Source: Bacteroidota bacterium
GTDB taxonomy: Bacteria; Bacteroidota; Bacteroidia; Flavobacteriales_F; PHOS-HE28
Assembly (NCBI GenBank): GCA_018266685.1
Contig: JAFDZY010000201.1
Location: forward strand, 1,632-65,631
DNA length: 64,000 nucleotides
Direction of reading: 5' to 3'
This document shows, piece by piece, positions 27,012 to 36,700 of this stretch. Each line of letters starts with the position of its first letter. Positions within the stretch are counted from its first letter, which is position 1. The notes under the pieces were generated by a model. The model had not been told where the DNA came from and did no database searches. It saw only the letters and a list, made by a program, of their open reading frames with translations. A program made the position numbers and the translations under genes.

Positions 27012-30000
27012 TCAAAGTTCTTCTCCTTCCAACATCAGGTACTTGCCGCTGCGGGCCGGGTCCGGAACGAACCAGGCGGGATCGCCGTTGGGCATGCGGC
27101 CCATGCGTGCGCCGGGAACGGGTGCTTCCGTTGCGCGGATCACTCTTTCGCTCAGTTTTTGCGCATGCCCGTTCAACGAGTTGTTCACCACCTCGATCGG
27201 ATACGTGCGCTTCGGCATGAAGCCGGATGCGCGCAGTTCCTTGCATGTTTTCTCCAGCGTATGCAGGATGAACTCCACGTCCGCCAGGGTGTGTGCCGTG
27301 GTGAGGAAGTGCGGGAAGTCCAGCACGTGCACACCGTGGTACCGCATCAGCATGAAGAAGAGCTCGGTGTAGTGGATGCTCTCGTCGTACTTGGTCTTGA
27401 ACGCGCTGCCGAAGTTCACCCAGCGGTAGGGAAGCATGTATTGGTCGAAGAGCGCGTTTGCGCGTTCCACCATGCCCTCGGTGAGGCCGTTGAGGCGCTT
27501 CTGCAAGGTGGGGCCATCCTGCTTCATGTGCAGCAGCGAGGCTTTCATTGCCGCAAGCGTGAGCGGGTGGCGCACAAAGGTGCCGGCAAAGTAGGTGACG
27601 CCCGCTTCGGGCACGCTGCCATCGCCGAAGCGCCAGTCGCCGCCATCGAGCGCGTCCATCCACGGACGGCTGCCGATCATGGCGCCGATGGGCATGCCGC
27701 CGCCGATCACCTTGCCGTAGGTGCCGATGTCGGCTTGGATGCCGAAGAGGCCCTGCGCGCCATTTTGGTGCATGCGGAAGCCTGTGATCACTTCGTCGAA
27801 GATCAAGGCCGTGCCATGTTCCTTGGTGATCCTGCGCACTTCGCGTAAAAAATCCACCGGGCGGAATTCCATCCGGCGGCTCTGCACCGGTTCCACCAGC
27901 ACGGCGGCGGCCTCGTGGCAGCGCTGCCTGATGATCTCCAAGCTTTCTGGCGTGCCGTAGTCCAGCACCAGCATGTTGTGCACGGCCTCGGGCATGATGC
28001 CGGGCGCACCGGGGTAGCTCTTTTTGCTCTTGCTGCCGCGGATGATCACCTCGTCGTTGATGCCGTGGTAGCTGCCGCTGAAGGAGATGATCAGGCTGCG
28101 GCCCGTTACCGTGCGCGCCATGCGCATGGCACCCAGCACAGCTTCGCTGCCGGTGTTGCACACCGCTGCGCGTTCGGCACCGGTGAGCTCGCAGAGCAGG
28201 TTGCTCACTTCCGCCGCCAGCGGCGACATGGGGCCGATGCTCGCATCCTGGTCGGCTTGTTCCTGCACGGCCTTGCGGATGAAGTCGGGCATGTAGCCGA
28301 ACATCGAGCTCCCGAAGCCACTGAGGATGTCCACGTATTCATTGCCGTCGATGTCCCAGAGGCGCGCGCCCCGGCTGCGGTCCACCACCACTTGGTAGGT
28401 GAGTTCCTTGGTCTGCGGCTTGAAGCCGGTGACCACGCGCGGGTCGGCCATGTGCTCCCGGTTGGCCTGCGTGAAGGCCTTGCTCTTGGCGGTCTTCGCC
28501 GTGTAGCGCTGCACGAAGTCCTCGAACCAGGCGCGCTGTTGCGGGGTGAAGTCGTCTTCTTTTTCCTTGCTGATGCGGGCCTGGGCACCGAAGACCTTCT
28601 TCAGTTCGGGGGCATCTTCGATGGCGGAAACAGTTGTTGGTTGTTGGTTGTCCGTTGTCCGGGCACTGACAACCGACAACTGTGAACTGACAACTGAACC
28701 CACCCCATTCGCTAACAAGTGCTCCGCCAATTTCTCCAGGTTTGGCAGTTCCTCGTTCAGTTGGCGGAAACTGATCTTCACGCCGAACTTCTTGCTGAGC
28801 GAGGTGGCGACCTGCGTAAGGAAGAGCGAATCGAGGCCCATCTCCAGGAAGGTCTCCTCGTTGCTCGCTTCAGCGAGTTCCAGGCCGGAGCTTTCTTCCA
28901 GCAGGTGTTTGATTTGTGCGATCAGTTGGTCCTTGGGTGCAAGGCTGGCATCTGCCAGCCCAGTGGACGGGGTGGACACGGTGGCTTCACCGTGTCCACC
29001 CTGTCCACCTACTGCGGCTTGCAGAGCCGCAGGCTCCACCCAGTGTCGTACCCTTTCAAAAGCGTATGTCGGCAGGCTGATCCGCCTGCGCTCCTCACGC
29101 TCGTAGAATTTCTCCCAGTCGATCAGCACGCCACTCTGCCACAGGCCGCCCACGGCTTTCAGCAGCTGCGCCAGCTCGTTGCCGTTGCCTGCGTGATCGC
29201 TGAGCGAAGCCACGGCTGCTTGCTTCTTGCTGTCCGTGCTTTGCTGGCGGGCCAAGGTGGTGGCCGTGGTGCGCGGGCCCACTTCCAGCATCACCCTGTT
29301 TGCGTCGCTCCACGCGAACTTCACGGCTTGCGCAAAGCGCACCGTGGCGCGGATGTGATCGCTCCAGTATTTGGGTGAAGTGGCCTCGTCGTCCTTCAGC
29401 CATTCAGCGGTCACCGTGCTCACGATTGGGATGCGCGGTGCGTTCAGCTTCACGCTTTCGACAACCTGCTTGTACGGCGCCACCATGGCGTCCATCATCG
29501 GGCTGTGGAAAGCGTGGCTGGTCACGAGCAGCTTGCAGGTGATGCCGTCATTCTCCAATTCAGCGTGCAGCTTGGCAATGGCCTCGTGCGGACCGCTGGC
29601 CACGCACAATTGCGGGCCGTTGTTGGCCGCGATGCTGCAACCGGCGGGCAGGCGCTTCGCCACGTCCTCCTCCGCCGCGCGCACGCTGAGCATGCTGCCG
29701 CCGGGCAGTTCCTGCATCATGCGGCCGCGGTTGGCAACGAGCTTAATTGCATCTTCCAGCGAGAACACACCGGCCAGGCATGCAGCGGCGAACTCACCGA
29801 TGCTGTGGCCCATCATCGCGTCGGGCGTGATGCCCCAGTGCATCCACAGCTTCGCGAGGCTGTAGTGCATTGTGAAGAGAGAAGCCTGCGTGTAGATGGT
29901 CTGCTTCAGTTGCTCGGCGGCCTTTTCTTCTTCACCGGCTTTCGGGAAGATGATGGCCTTGAGATCGGTGCTGAACTCCTTACTGAAGAGCGCGCAGCAG

Positions 30001-33000
30001 TGATCGAAATGCTGCTTGAAGACCGGCTCACTTTCGCTGAGGTCGCGGCCCATGTTCACGTATTGTGAACCTTGGCCGGGGAACATGAACACCACGCCCG
30101 GTGCGGCCTCGTGCAACTCGCGTGTGCCGATCAGTTGTGCGTCCTTGTTCGTGATCGCGTCAATCACTTCGCTGTGGCTTCCGCCTACGATCAAGCGGCG
30201 GTGCTTGAAGGAACGGCGTCCCACCTGCAGCGTGTATGCGGCGTCGGCAAGGGAAGCATCGGGGTGCGCTGCCAGCCACTGGCGGAAATTCTCCGTCATG
30301 GCATCCAAGCTGGTCTTGCTCTTTGCGCTAAGGAAGAACACCTGCTTGCTGCGCGATGCGCCCGAAGCCGCCATGACCGGCGGTTCCGCCATGATCACGT
30401 GCGCGTTGGTACCGCCCACGCCAAAGCTGCTCACCCCCGCGATGCGCGGCCTGCTGGTGCGCGGCCAGGCGATGGTGTCCTGGGCTACTTTGAAGGGCGA
30501 GTTCGCGAAGTCGATCGCGGGGTTCGGCTTTTCGAAACCGATGCTCGCGGGGATCTGCTCTTGCTGAAGCGCCAGCGCGGTCTTGATCACGCCCGCCGCA
30601 CCCGCCGCAGCCGTAAGGTGGCCGATGTTGCTCTTGATCGATCCGATCGCGCAGAATTGTTGCGTCGACCCATGGGTCGACGGTACATCTGCGCCCGATC
30701 GGAACGCCAGCGTCAGCGCCTCCACTTCGATTGGATCTCCCAATGGCGTAGCTGTGCCGTGCGCTTCCACATACGTGATCTGATCCGGTGTAACACTGGC
30801 ATCAGCCTGGGCCATGGCGATCACCTCCGCTTGGCCGCGCACGCTGGGCGCGGTGAAGCTGGCCTTGTCGCTGCCGTCGTTGTTCAGCGCAGCGCCCTTG
30901 ATGGTGGCGTAGATGTGGTCCTTGTCGCGGATCGCATCATCCAGGCGCTTGAGCACGATGATGCCCACACCATCGCTGAAGCTGGTGCCCTTGCCTTCGG
31001 CATCGAAGGTGCGCGTGCTGCCGTCGGGGCTGTACATGCCGCCTTCGTTGTACACGATGCCGCTGTTGATCGGCGCGGTGATCGCGATGCCGCCGGCCAG
31101 CGCCATGTCGCACTCGCCGCCGCGCAGGGCATGGAAGGCCTGCGCGATGGCCACCAGCGAGGTGCTGCATGCCGTGTTCATGCTGATCGCCGGACCGCGC
31201 AGGTCGAACTCGAACGCGAGTCGCGTGGCGATGTAGTCCTTCTCGTTGGCCGTCATCACCTGGAAATCGCCGACCTGCTCGATCAGCTCGGGATGGCCGA
31301 TGACGTTGCGCGTGTAGTAGGTGTTGTTGCCCATGCCGGCATACACGCCGATGAGCCCTGCGAACTGTGCGGGGTCGTACGCGGCATCCTCCAGCGCGGC
31401 CCAGGCCGTTTCCAGGAACACGCGTTGCTGCGGGTCCATCAGCGCGGCTACCTTGGGGTTCACGCCGAAGAAGGCCGCGTCGAACTTGTCGGCATCGGTG
31501 ATCACCCCGCGCGCCTTCACGTAGTCCGGGTCGTTGCGCAGTTCGGCCGGTATGCTCGGGTCGATCTCGTCAGCGCTCCATTTGCTGATGCTGTTCTTCC
31601 TGGCCAGCAGGTTCTGCCACAGCTCTTCCAGGTTCGCCGCACCGGGGAAACGGCCGCTCATGCCGATGATGGCAATGTCACCCTTCGTGCCGCCGGACTC
31701 CCGTCCGGCTTTTCGTGCTCTCGCCATCTCGGCAGGAGACACAGCCGCTGCATCACCCTCCAAGAATGCCGCGCACGCCCTGATCGTGGGATGCTGGTAC
31801 AGTTTCACGATCGGCAGTTTCAGGCCATGGCCTTCCAATCCCGCCACGCATTGGATGCTCAGCAGCGAGTTGCCACCGAGGTCGAAGAAGTTGTCGTCGA
31901 TGCCCACGCGGTCGATGCCGAGCAGGTCGGCCCACACGTTGGCGAGCTTCTTCTGCACGGCGCTTTGCGGTGCGGCGAACACAACGTCCAATTCCGGGCG
32001 TTTTACATCCGGTGCGGGCAAGGCTTTGCGATCGATCTTGCCGCTGGGCGTGCGGGGCAGTTCCTTCACCGCCACGAAGGCCGAGGGCACCATGTAGTCA
32101 GGCAGGAGGGAAGCGAGGTGCTTGCGCAGCTCGTTCACGCTCACGTCCTGCTTCGCCACATAGTAGCCTACCAGCCGCTTCAACCCCGGACGGTCTTCCC
32201 GCACATTGGCCACGGCTTGTTCAATGGAAGCATGCTTTTCAAGCGCCACTTCCACTTCGCCGAGCTCAATGCGGTAGCCGCGCACCTTCACCTGGCCATC
32301 GATGCGGCCCTTGTAGTCGATCTCGCCGTTGGGTAGTTCGGCAGCACGGTCGCCGGTCTTGTACATACGGCCACCGGGGATGAACGGATCCGCGAGGAAG
32401 CGTTCCGCCGTAAGGTCATCGCGACTGATGTAGCCTTTCGCCACGCACGCGCCGCCGAGGTACAATTCTCCTTCCTCCCCCTTCCTCACCGGCTTCATCT
32501 GCTCATCGAGCACGTAGAGCTTCACGTTGTCAATGGCCTTGCCGATGTTGGGCAGTGCGGGCCAGGTGGAGGGGTCGCCTTTCAGTTCGAGCTCGCTCAC
32601 TACGTGGCCTTCGGTGGGGCCGTACTGGTTGCAGAAGCGCACACCGGGCAGTTGCTGGAAGAGGTTGATGATCGCCGGGGTGATCTTCAGTTGCTCGCCG
32701 CTGGTGAAGACCTCCTTCAGCGAGGAAGGCACTTCGCCGGTGCGCTCCACCGCTTCGGCGAGGTATTGCAGTGCCACGAAGGGCACAATGATGCGGTTGA
32801 TCTGCTCGGCGATGATCTTGCGCAGCAGTTGGGTGCTGTTCAAACGGTCCTCATCGGTGATCAGCACCAGCGTACCGCCTTGGGCGAAGGTGGTGAAGAT
32901 CTCCTGGAAGCTCACGTCGAAGCTGATGGGCGCGAACTGCAGGGTGCAATCGCCTTCTTTCAATACCGAAGTACGCAGCTGCCATTGGATCAAGTTCGTC

Positions 33001-33527
33001 AGCGGCCCGTGGGGCATGGCCACGCCTTTCGGGCGGCCGGTGCTTCCGCTGGTGAAGAGGACGTAGAGCAGATCAGCGGCCGTGGCAGGGCAAGGGCCGT
33101 CGAACATGGGGCCGTTATTGAGGTCGATGTCCTCGATCAGCAGCACCTTCGCCTTGGTGCCTTTGAACAAATGCTGGTGCGCCTTGCTGGTGATCACCAC
33201 CGGAGGCTTGGCATCTTCCAGCATGCCGGCGATGCGTTCGGCAGGGTAGGTGGGGTCGATGGGCACGTATGCTGCACCGGCCTGCACAATGCCGAGGACG
33301 GCGATGATGAGTTCGGGGGATCGGTCGAGGCAGAGGGCGACGGTTTTGCTGCGGTTTGCCCCTTGGGGATCGATCCGGGCAGCCAATCGGGCCGATTTTT
33401 CGGCTAACTGGGCGTAGCTGAAAACAGCGGTTCCGGCGATCAGCGCAAGGGCATCTGGCCGCTTGGTGGCAGTGTCCTCAAACAGCTTGTGGATGTTGGA
33501 GGGCGCTGCAATTCTGTTATTTGACAT
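27012..33527 (-). CDS. Hybrid NRPS-PKS: A-T-KS-AT-ACP-aminotransferase (class III PLP)
   Basis: 2171 aa. A domain aa 10-505 (LYVLFTSGSTGRPKG at 33024-33068). T domain GGNS, Ser554. KS domain aa 615-1047 (TACSTS Cys787 at 31167-31169; EAHGT; NIGH). AT domain aa 1144-1440 (GHSIG Ser1242 at 29802-29804; HAFH). ACP GLDSL, Ser1567. AMT domain aa ~1690-2100 (SGSYHG, FDEVITGFR, YGKVIGGG Lys1939 at 27711-27713). No KR, DH, ER or MT domain. Confidence 0.95.
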   Translation of the reverse strand: MSNNRIAAPSNIHKLFEDTATKRPDALALIAGTAVFSYAQLAEKSARLAARIDPQGANRSKTVALCLDRSPELIIAVLGIVQAGAAYVPIDPTYPAERIAGMLEDAKPPVVITSKAHQHLFKGTKAKVLLIEDIDLNNGPMFDGPCPATAADLLYVLFTSGSTGRPKGVAMPHGPLTNLIQWQLRTSVLKEGDCTLQFAPISFDVSFQEIFTTFAQGGTLVLITDEDRLNSTQLLRKIIAEQINRIIVPFVALQYLAEAVERTGEVPSSLKEVFTSGEQLKITPAIINLFQQLPGVRFCNQYGPTEGHVVSELELKGDPSTWPALPNIGKAIDNVKLYVLDEQMKPVRKGEEGELYLGGACVAKGYISRDDLTAERFLADPFIPGGRMYKTGDRAAELPNGEIDYKGRIDGQVKVRGYRIELGEVEVALEKHASIEQAVANVREDRPGLKRLVGYYVAKQDVSVNELRKHLASLLPDYMVPSAFVAVKELPRTPSGKIDRKALPAPDVKRPELDVVFAAPQSAVQKKLANVWADLLGIDRVGIDDNFFDLGGNSLLSIQCVAGLEGHGLKLPIVKLYQHPTIRACAAFLEGDAAAVSPAEMARARKAGRESGGTKGDIAIIGMSGRFPGAANLEELWQNLLARKNSISKWSADEIDPSIPAELRNDPDYVKARGVITDADKFDAAFFGVNPKVAALMDPQQRVFLETAWAALEDAAYDPAQFAGLIGVYAGMGNNTYYTRNVIGHPELIEQVGDFQVMTANEKDYIATRLAFEFDLRGPAISMNTACSTSLVAIAQAFHALRGGECDMALAGGIAITAPINSGIVYNEGGMYSPDGSTRTFDAEGKGTSFSDGVGIIVLKRLDDAIRDKDHIYATIKGAALNNDGSDKASFTAPSVRGQAEVIAMAQADASVTPDQITYVEAHGTATPLGDPIEVEALTLAFRSGADVPSTHGSTQQFCAIGSIKSNIGHLTAAAGAAGVIKTALALQQEQIPASIGFEKPNPAIDFANSPFKVAQDTIAWPRTSRPRIAGVSSFGVGGTNAHVIMAEPPVMAASGASRSKQVFFLSAKSKTSLDAMTENFRQWLAAHPDASLADAAYTLQVGRRSFKHRRLIVGGSHSEVIDAITNKDAQLIGTRELHEAAPGVVFMFPGQGSQYVNMGRDLSESEPVFKQHFDHCCALFSKEFSTDLKAIIFPKAGEEEKAAEQLKQTIYTQASLFTMHYSLAKLWMHWGITPDAMMGHSIGEFAAACLAGVFSLEDAIKLVANRGRMMQELPGGSMLSVRAAEEDVAKRLPAGCSIAANNGPQLCVASGPHEAIAKLHAELENDGITCKLLVTSHAFHSPMMDAMVAPYKQVVESVKLNAPRIPIVSTVTAEWLKDDEATSPKYWSDHIRATVRFAQAVKFAWSDANRVMLEVGPRTTATTLARQQSTDSKKQAAVASLSDHAGNGNELAQLLKAVGGLWQSGVLIDWEKFYEREERRRISLPTYAFERVRHWVEPAALQAAVGGQGGHGEATVSTPSTGLADASLAPKDQLIAQIKHLLEESSGLELAEASNEETFLEMGLDSLFLTQVATSLSKKFGVKISFRQLNEELPNLEKLAEHLLANGVGSVVSSQLSVVSARTTDNQQPTTVSAIEDAPELKKVFGAQARISKEKEDDFTPQQRAWFEDFVQRYTAKTAKSKAFTQANREHMADPRVVTGFKPQTKELTYQVVVDRSRGARLWDIDGNEYVDILSGFGSSMFGYMPDFIRKAVQEQADQDASIGPMSPLAAEVSNLLCELTGAERAAVCNTGSEAVLGAMRMARTVTGRSLIISFSGSYHGINDEVIIRGSKSKKSYPGAPGIMPEAVHNMLVLDYGTPESLEIIRQRCHEAAAVLVEPVQSRRMEFRPVDFLREVRRITKEHGTALIFDEVITGFRMHQNGAQGLFGIQADIGTYGKVIGGGMPIGAMIGSRPWMDALDGGDWRFGDGSVPEAGVTYFAGTFVRHPLTLAAMKASLLHMKQDGPTLQKRLNGLTEGMVERANALFDQYMLPYRWVNFGSAFKTKYDESIHYTELFFMLMRYHGVHVLDFPHFLTTAHTLADVEFILHTLEKTCKELRASGFMPKRTYPIEVVNNSLNGHAQKLSERVIRATEAPVPGARMGRMPNGDPAWFVPDPARSGKYLMLEGEEL

Positions 33528-33784
33528 GCTTGGTCAAGCCGCTGAACAGGGCTGGTTTAGGTACCATTGAACGCGGGCCGCCGGGAAAAGTTTGTGCTGG
33601 ATGAACAGCAGTTTTCAGGTGGTCGTGGCGTTGTTTCCGGAATTGGTCTTGAAATTACTGCCGTTTGCCGATTTCTCAATCAGTAGTTTTCAACCGTTGT
33701 TGATGACTTGTGCTTCAGGGAGTTAGGTAGCGGTCCAACCGTGCAGGTAATTCAATGGGCATGGAACGCGCATAAGCGGCTAAA

Positions 33785-36700
33785 TTGTACCCCCATTTTC
33801 TGATGCGCGGCCGTGATCTGCTCCTTGTGGGCCTTGTGTTTGGGTGCTTGTCCATTTCGGAACCCGGAAAGGCCCAAGCTTATGAGGCCAGTGTGCGTGC
33901 TTCGGTACAGGTGCAAACCTCGCCGCCCCGGATCACCTTGAATTGGCAGGGATTGTACAACGTTACGGGCTACCAGATCTGGCGCAAATTGAAGGGGGCC
34001 ACCAGCTGGGGCAATCCGGTGGCCAATTTGGACGCCAACGCGCTCTCTTGGACGGATGGCAATGTTCAGCCGCAGGTTTCCTACGAGTACAAGGTCCGCC
34101 GCACCACGGTGAACGTCGGTGATGGGTATTCCTACATCAACGCAGGCATTGAAGTGCCCATGGTGGAAGGCAGGGGCAAGGTGATCCTGCTCGTGGACGA
34201 TTATTTCTCATCGGCTCTTTCCAGCCAATTGGACCAGGTGAAACAGGACCTGGAAGGAGATGGCTGGACCGTGCTTCGCCATGATGTGAGCAGGAATGCG
34301 AGCGTGCCCAGCATCAAGAACATTGTGGTGAACGACTACAATGCCGATCCCGCGAACACAAAGATGGTGTTCATTCTTGGCCACGTTCCAGTGCCGTATT
34401 CCGGGAACTTGGCCCCGGACGGGCACTGGGAGCACCAGGGAGCGTGGAGCGCGGATACTTACTACGCCGATGTGGACGGCACTTGGACGGATAATTCGGT
34501 CAACGTCACGTACGCAGTTGATCCACGCAACCACAATGTGCCCGGCGATGGCAAATTCGACCAGAGCAACATTCCGAGTGCGGTGGAATTGGCGGTCGGA
34601 CGGGTGGACTTCTACAATCTCCCCGTTTTTCCGCAGAGCGAAACGGTCCTGATGGCCACCTACCTTACAAAGCTGCACAACTGGAAGGTGAGGAACTTCA
34701 CCGCAGTGGCCCGCGGCTTGGTGGACGACAATTTTGTGGGGCAGGGACCCGGATTTGCCTCCATCGGATATCGCGGTTTCAGTCCGTTGGTAGGCCAACA
34801 GAACGTTACAGACCAGGACTATTTCCCCACGCTTGTAAACCAGAGCTACTTGTGGAGCTACGGCTGTGGAGGCGGCTACTGGGATTCCGCCAATGGCGTG
34901 GGCAACTCCAATGACTTTGCCACGAAGAACGCCAAGAGTGTTTTTACCGCACTGTTCGGCAGCTCCTTCGGTGATTTTGACTGCCAGAACGATTTCATGC
35001 GGTCTGCCTTGGGGAGCGGCACCATCCTCACCAGCTTCTGGGGCGGAATACCCAACTGGTTTTTCCACCACATGGGCATGGGGGAAACCATCGGCTATGC
35101 GGTAAAGCTCACGGAGAACAACGTCAATGGACTGTACACGCCGGCCAATGATGGTGCAGGACAGGTGCACATCGCGCTGATGGGCGATCCCACCCTACGG
35201 ATGACCATGGTGGGACCACCTTCAAATGTTACCGGCAATGTCCAAGGCAACAACATCAATCTCTCCTGGACCGGCAGTTTGGACAATGTGGCCGGTTATC
35301 ATGTTTACCGCTACGTTCCCGCTACCCAATCCTGGCTTCGGGTTACCAACAGTGCCGTTTCAGGGACCTCGTTCACGGATGTCGTTTCCGGGGCAGGGGG
35401 GACCATCCGTTACATGGTGCGGGCATTGAAACTGGTTTCCACCGCGAGCGGCACCTACTACGACCTGAGCATCGGGGCCAAGGGCCAAGCGGTAGCGGGT
35501 GGTTCCGCAGTGGACTGCCTAGGGGTTCCGGGAGGCACTGCACTGGCGGGAAGCCCATGCAACGACGGAGATGCATGCACGGTAAACGATGCCTGGGATG
35601 CCTCCTGCGAATGCACCGGAACATTCCAGGACCAGGATGGAGACGGCATTTGCAATGCGCAGGACAACTGCCCCGGCGTTCCCGGGCAGATCGGGTCCGC
35701 ATGCAATGACGGGAGTGCCTGCACGATCAATGATGTGCTCAACGCGAATTGCCAGTGCACGGGCACGTTCCAGGACAATGACGGCGATGGCATCTGCAAT
35801 GCCTTGGACAACTGCCCCAATACACCGGGTTCCATCGGCTCTTCCTGTGATGACGGAGATCCCTGCACCACCGGTGACATGGTGAACGCCAACTGCCAAT
35901 GCACGGGCACGTTCCAGGACACGGATGCGGATGGCATCTGCAATGCACAGGATGGATGCCCCACCATTCCCGGAACAGTGGGAACACCCTGCGATGACGG
36001 GAGCGATTGCACTGCCAACGACGTGTTGGACAATAATTGCCAGTGCGCTGGCTCACCGCTTCCGGATGCAGATGGCGATGGCCTGTGTGATGCACACGAC
36101 AACTGCCCGAACGTGACAGGGGAGGTGGGCTGGGATTGTGATGATGGAGATCCCTGCACCGTGGAAGATGAACTGGATGCCAACTGTGTTTGCATTGGCA
36201 CTCCGGCCGGCGACCAGGACAACGACGGTATTTGTGATGCCACGGACGATTGCCCGACCATCCCCGGCCAAATTGGATCTTCCTGTGATGATGGAAGTGA
36301 ATGCACCAATAACGACGTATTGGACAGTAATTGCCAGTGCACTGGTACGCCGCTTCCGGATGCAGATGGCGATGGCTTGTGCGATGCCCAAGACAACTGC
36401 CCGAACGTGACCGGGGAGGTGGGTTGGGATTGTGATGATGGAGATCCCTGCACGGTGGAGGATGAGCTGGATGCCAACTGTGTTTGCGTTGGCACTCCGG
36501 CCGGCGACCAGGACAACGACGGTATTTGTGATGCCACCGACGATTGTCCGACGGTGCCCGGCCAAGTTGGATCCTCCTGCGATGACGGAAGCGATTGCAC
36601 GCTGAACGATGTGCTTAACGCAGCATGCCAATGCACGGGTACCTTCCAAGATACGGACAACGACGGTACCTGCGATGCGCAGGACGGCTGCCCGAACGAT

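Noticed and set aside
28631-28700. Imperfect palindrome / low-complexity DNA (GTTGTTGGTTGTCCGTTGTC...GACAACCGACAACTG) inside the hybrid synthase gene
   Set aside because: It is in frame and encodes the Ser/Val/Thr/Gln-rich ACP-AMT interdomain linker (...SVVSSQLSVVSARTTDNQQPTTVS...). Linker low complexity explains it without invoking an inserted element.
30072-32336. 754-aa + strand ORF inside the NRPS-PKS gene (with similar ones at 24995-25987, 26000-26794, 26985-27848 and 27915-28685)
   Set aside because: All are antisense to reading frames carrying unambiguous KS, AT, A and C domain motifs. They have a stop-poor antisense frame, typical of high GC3 genes.
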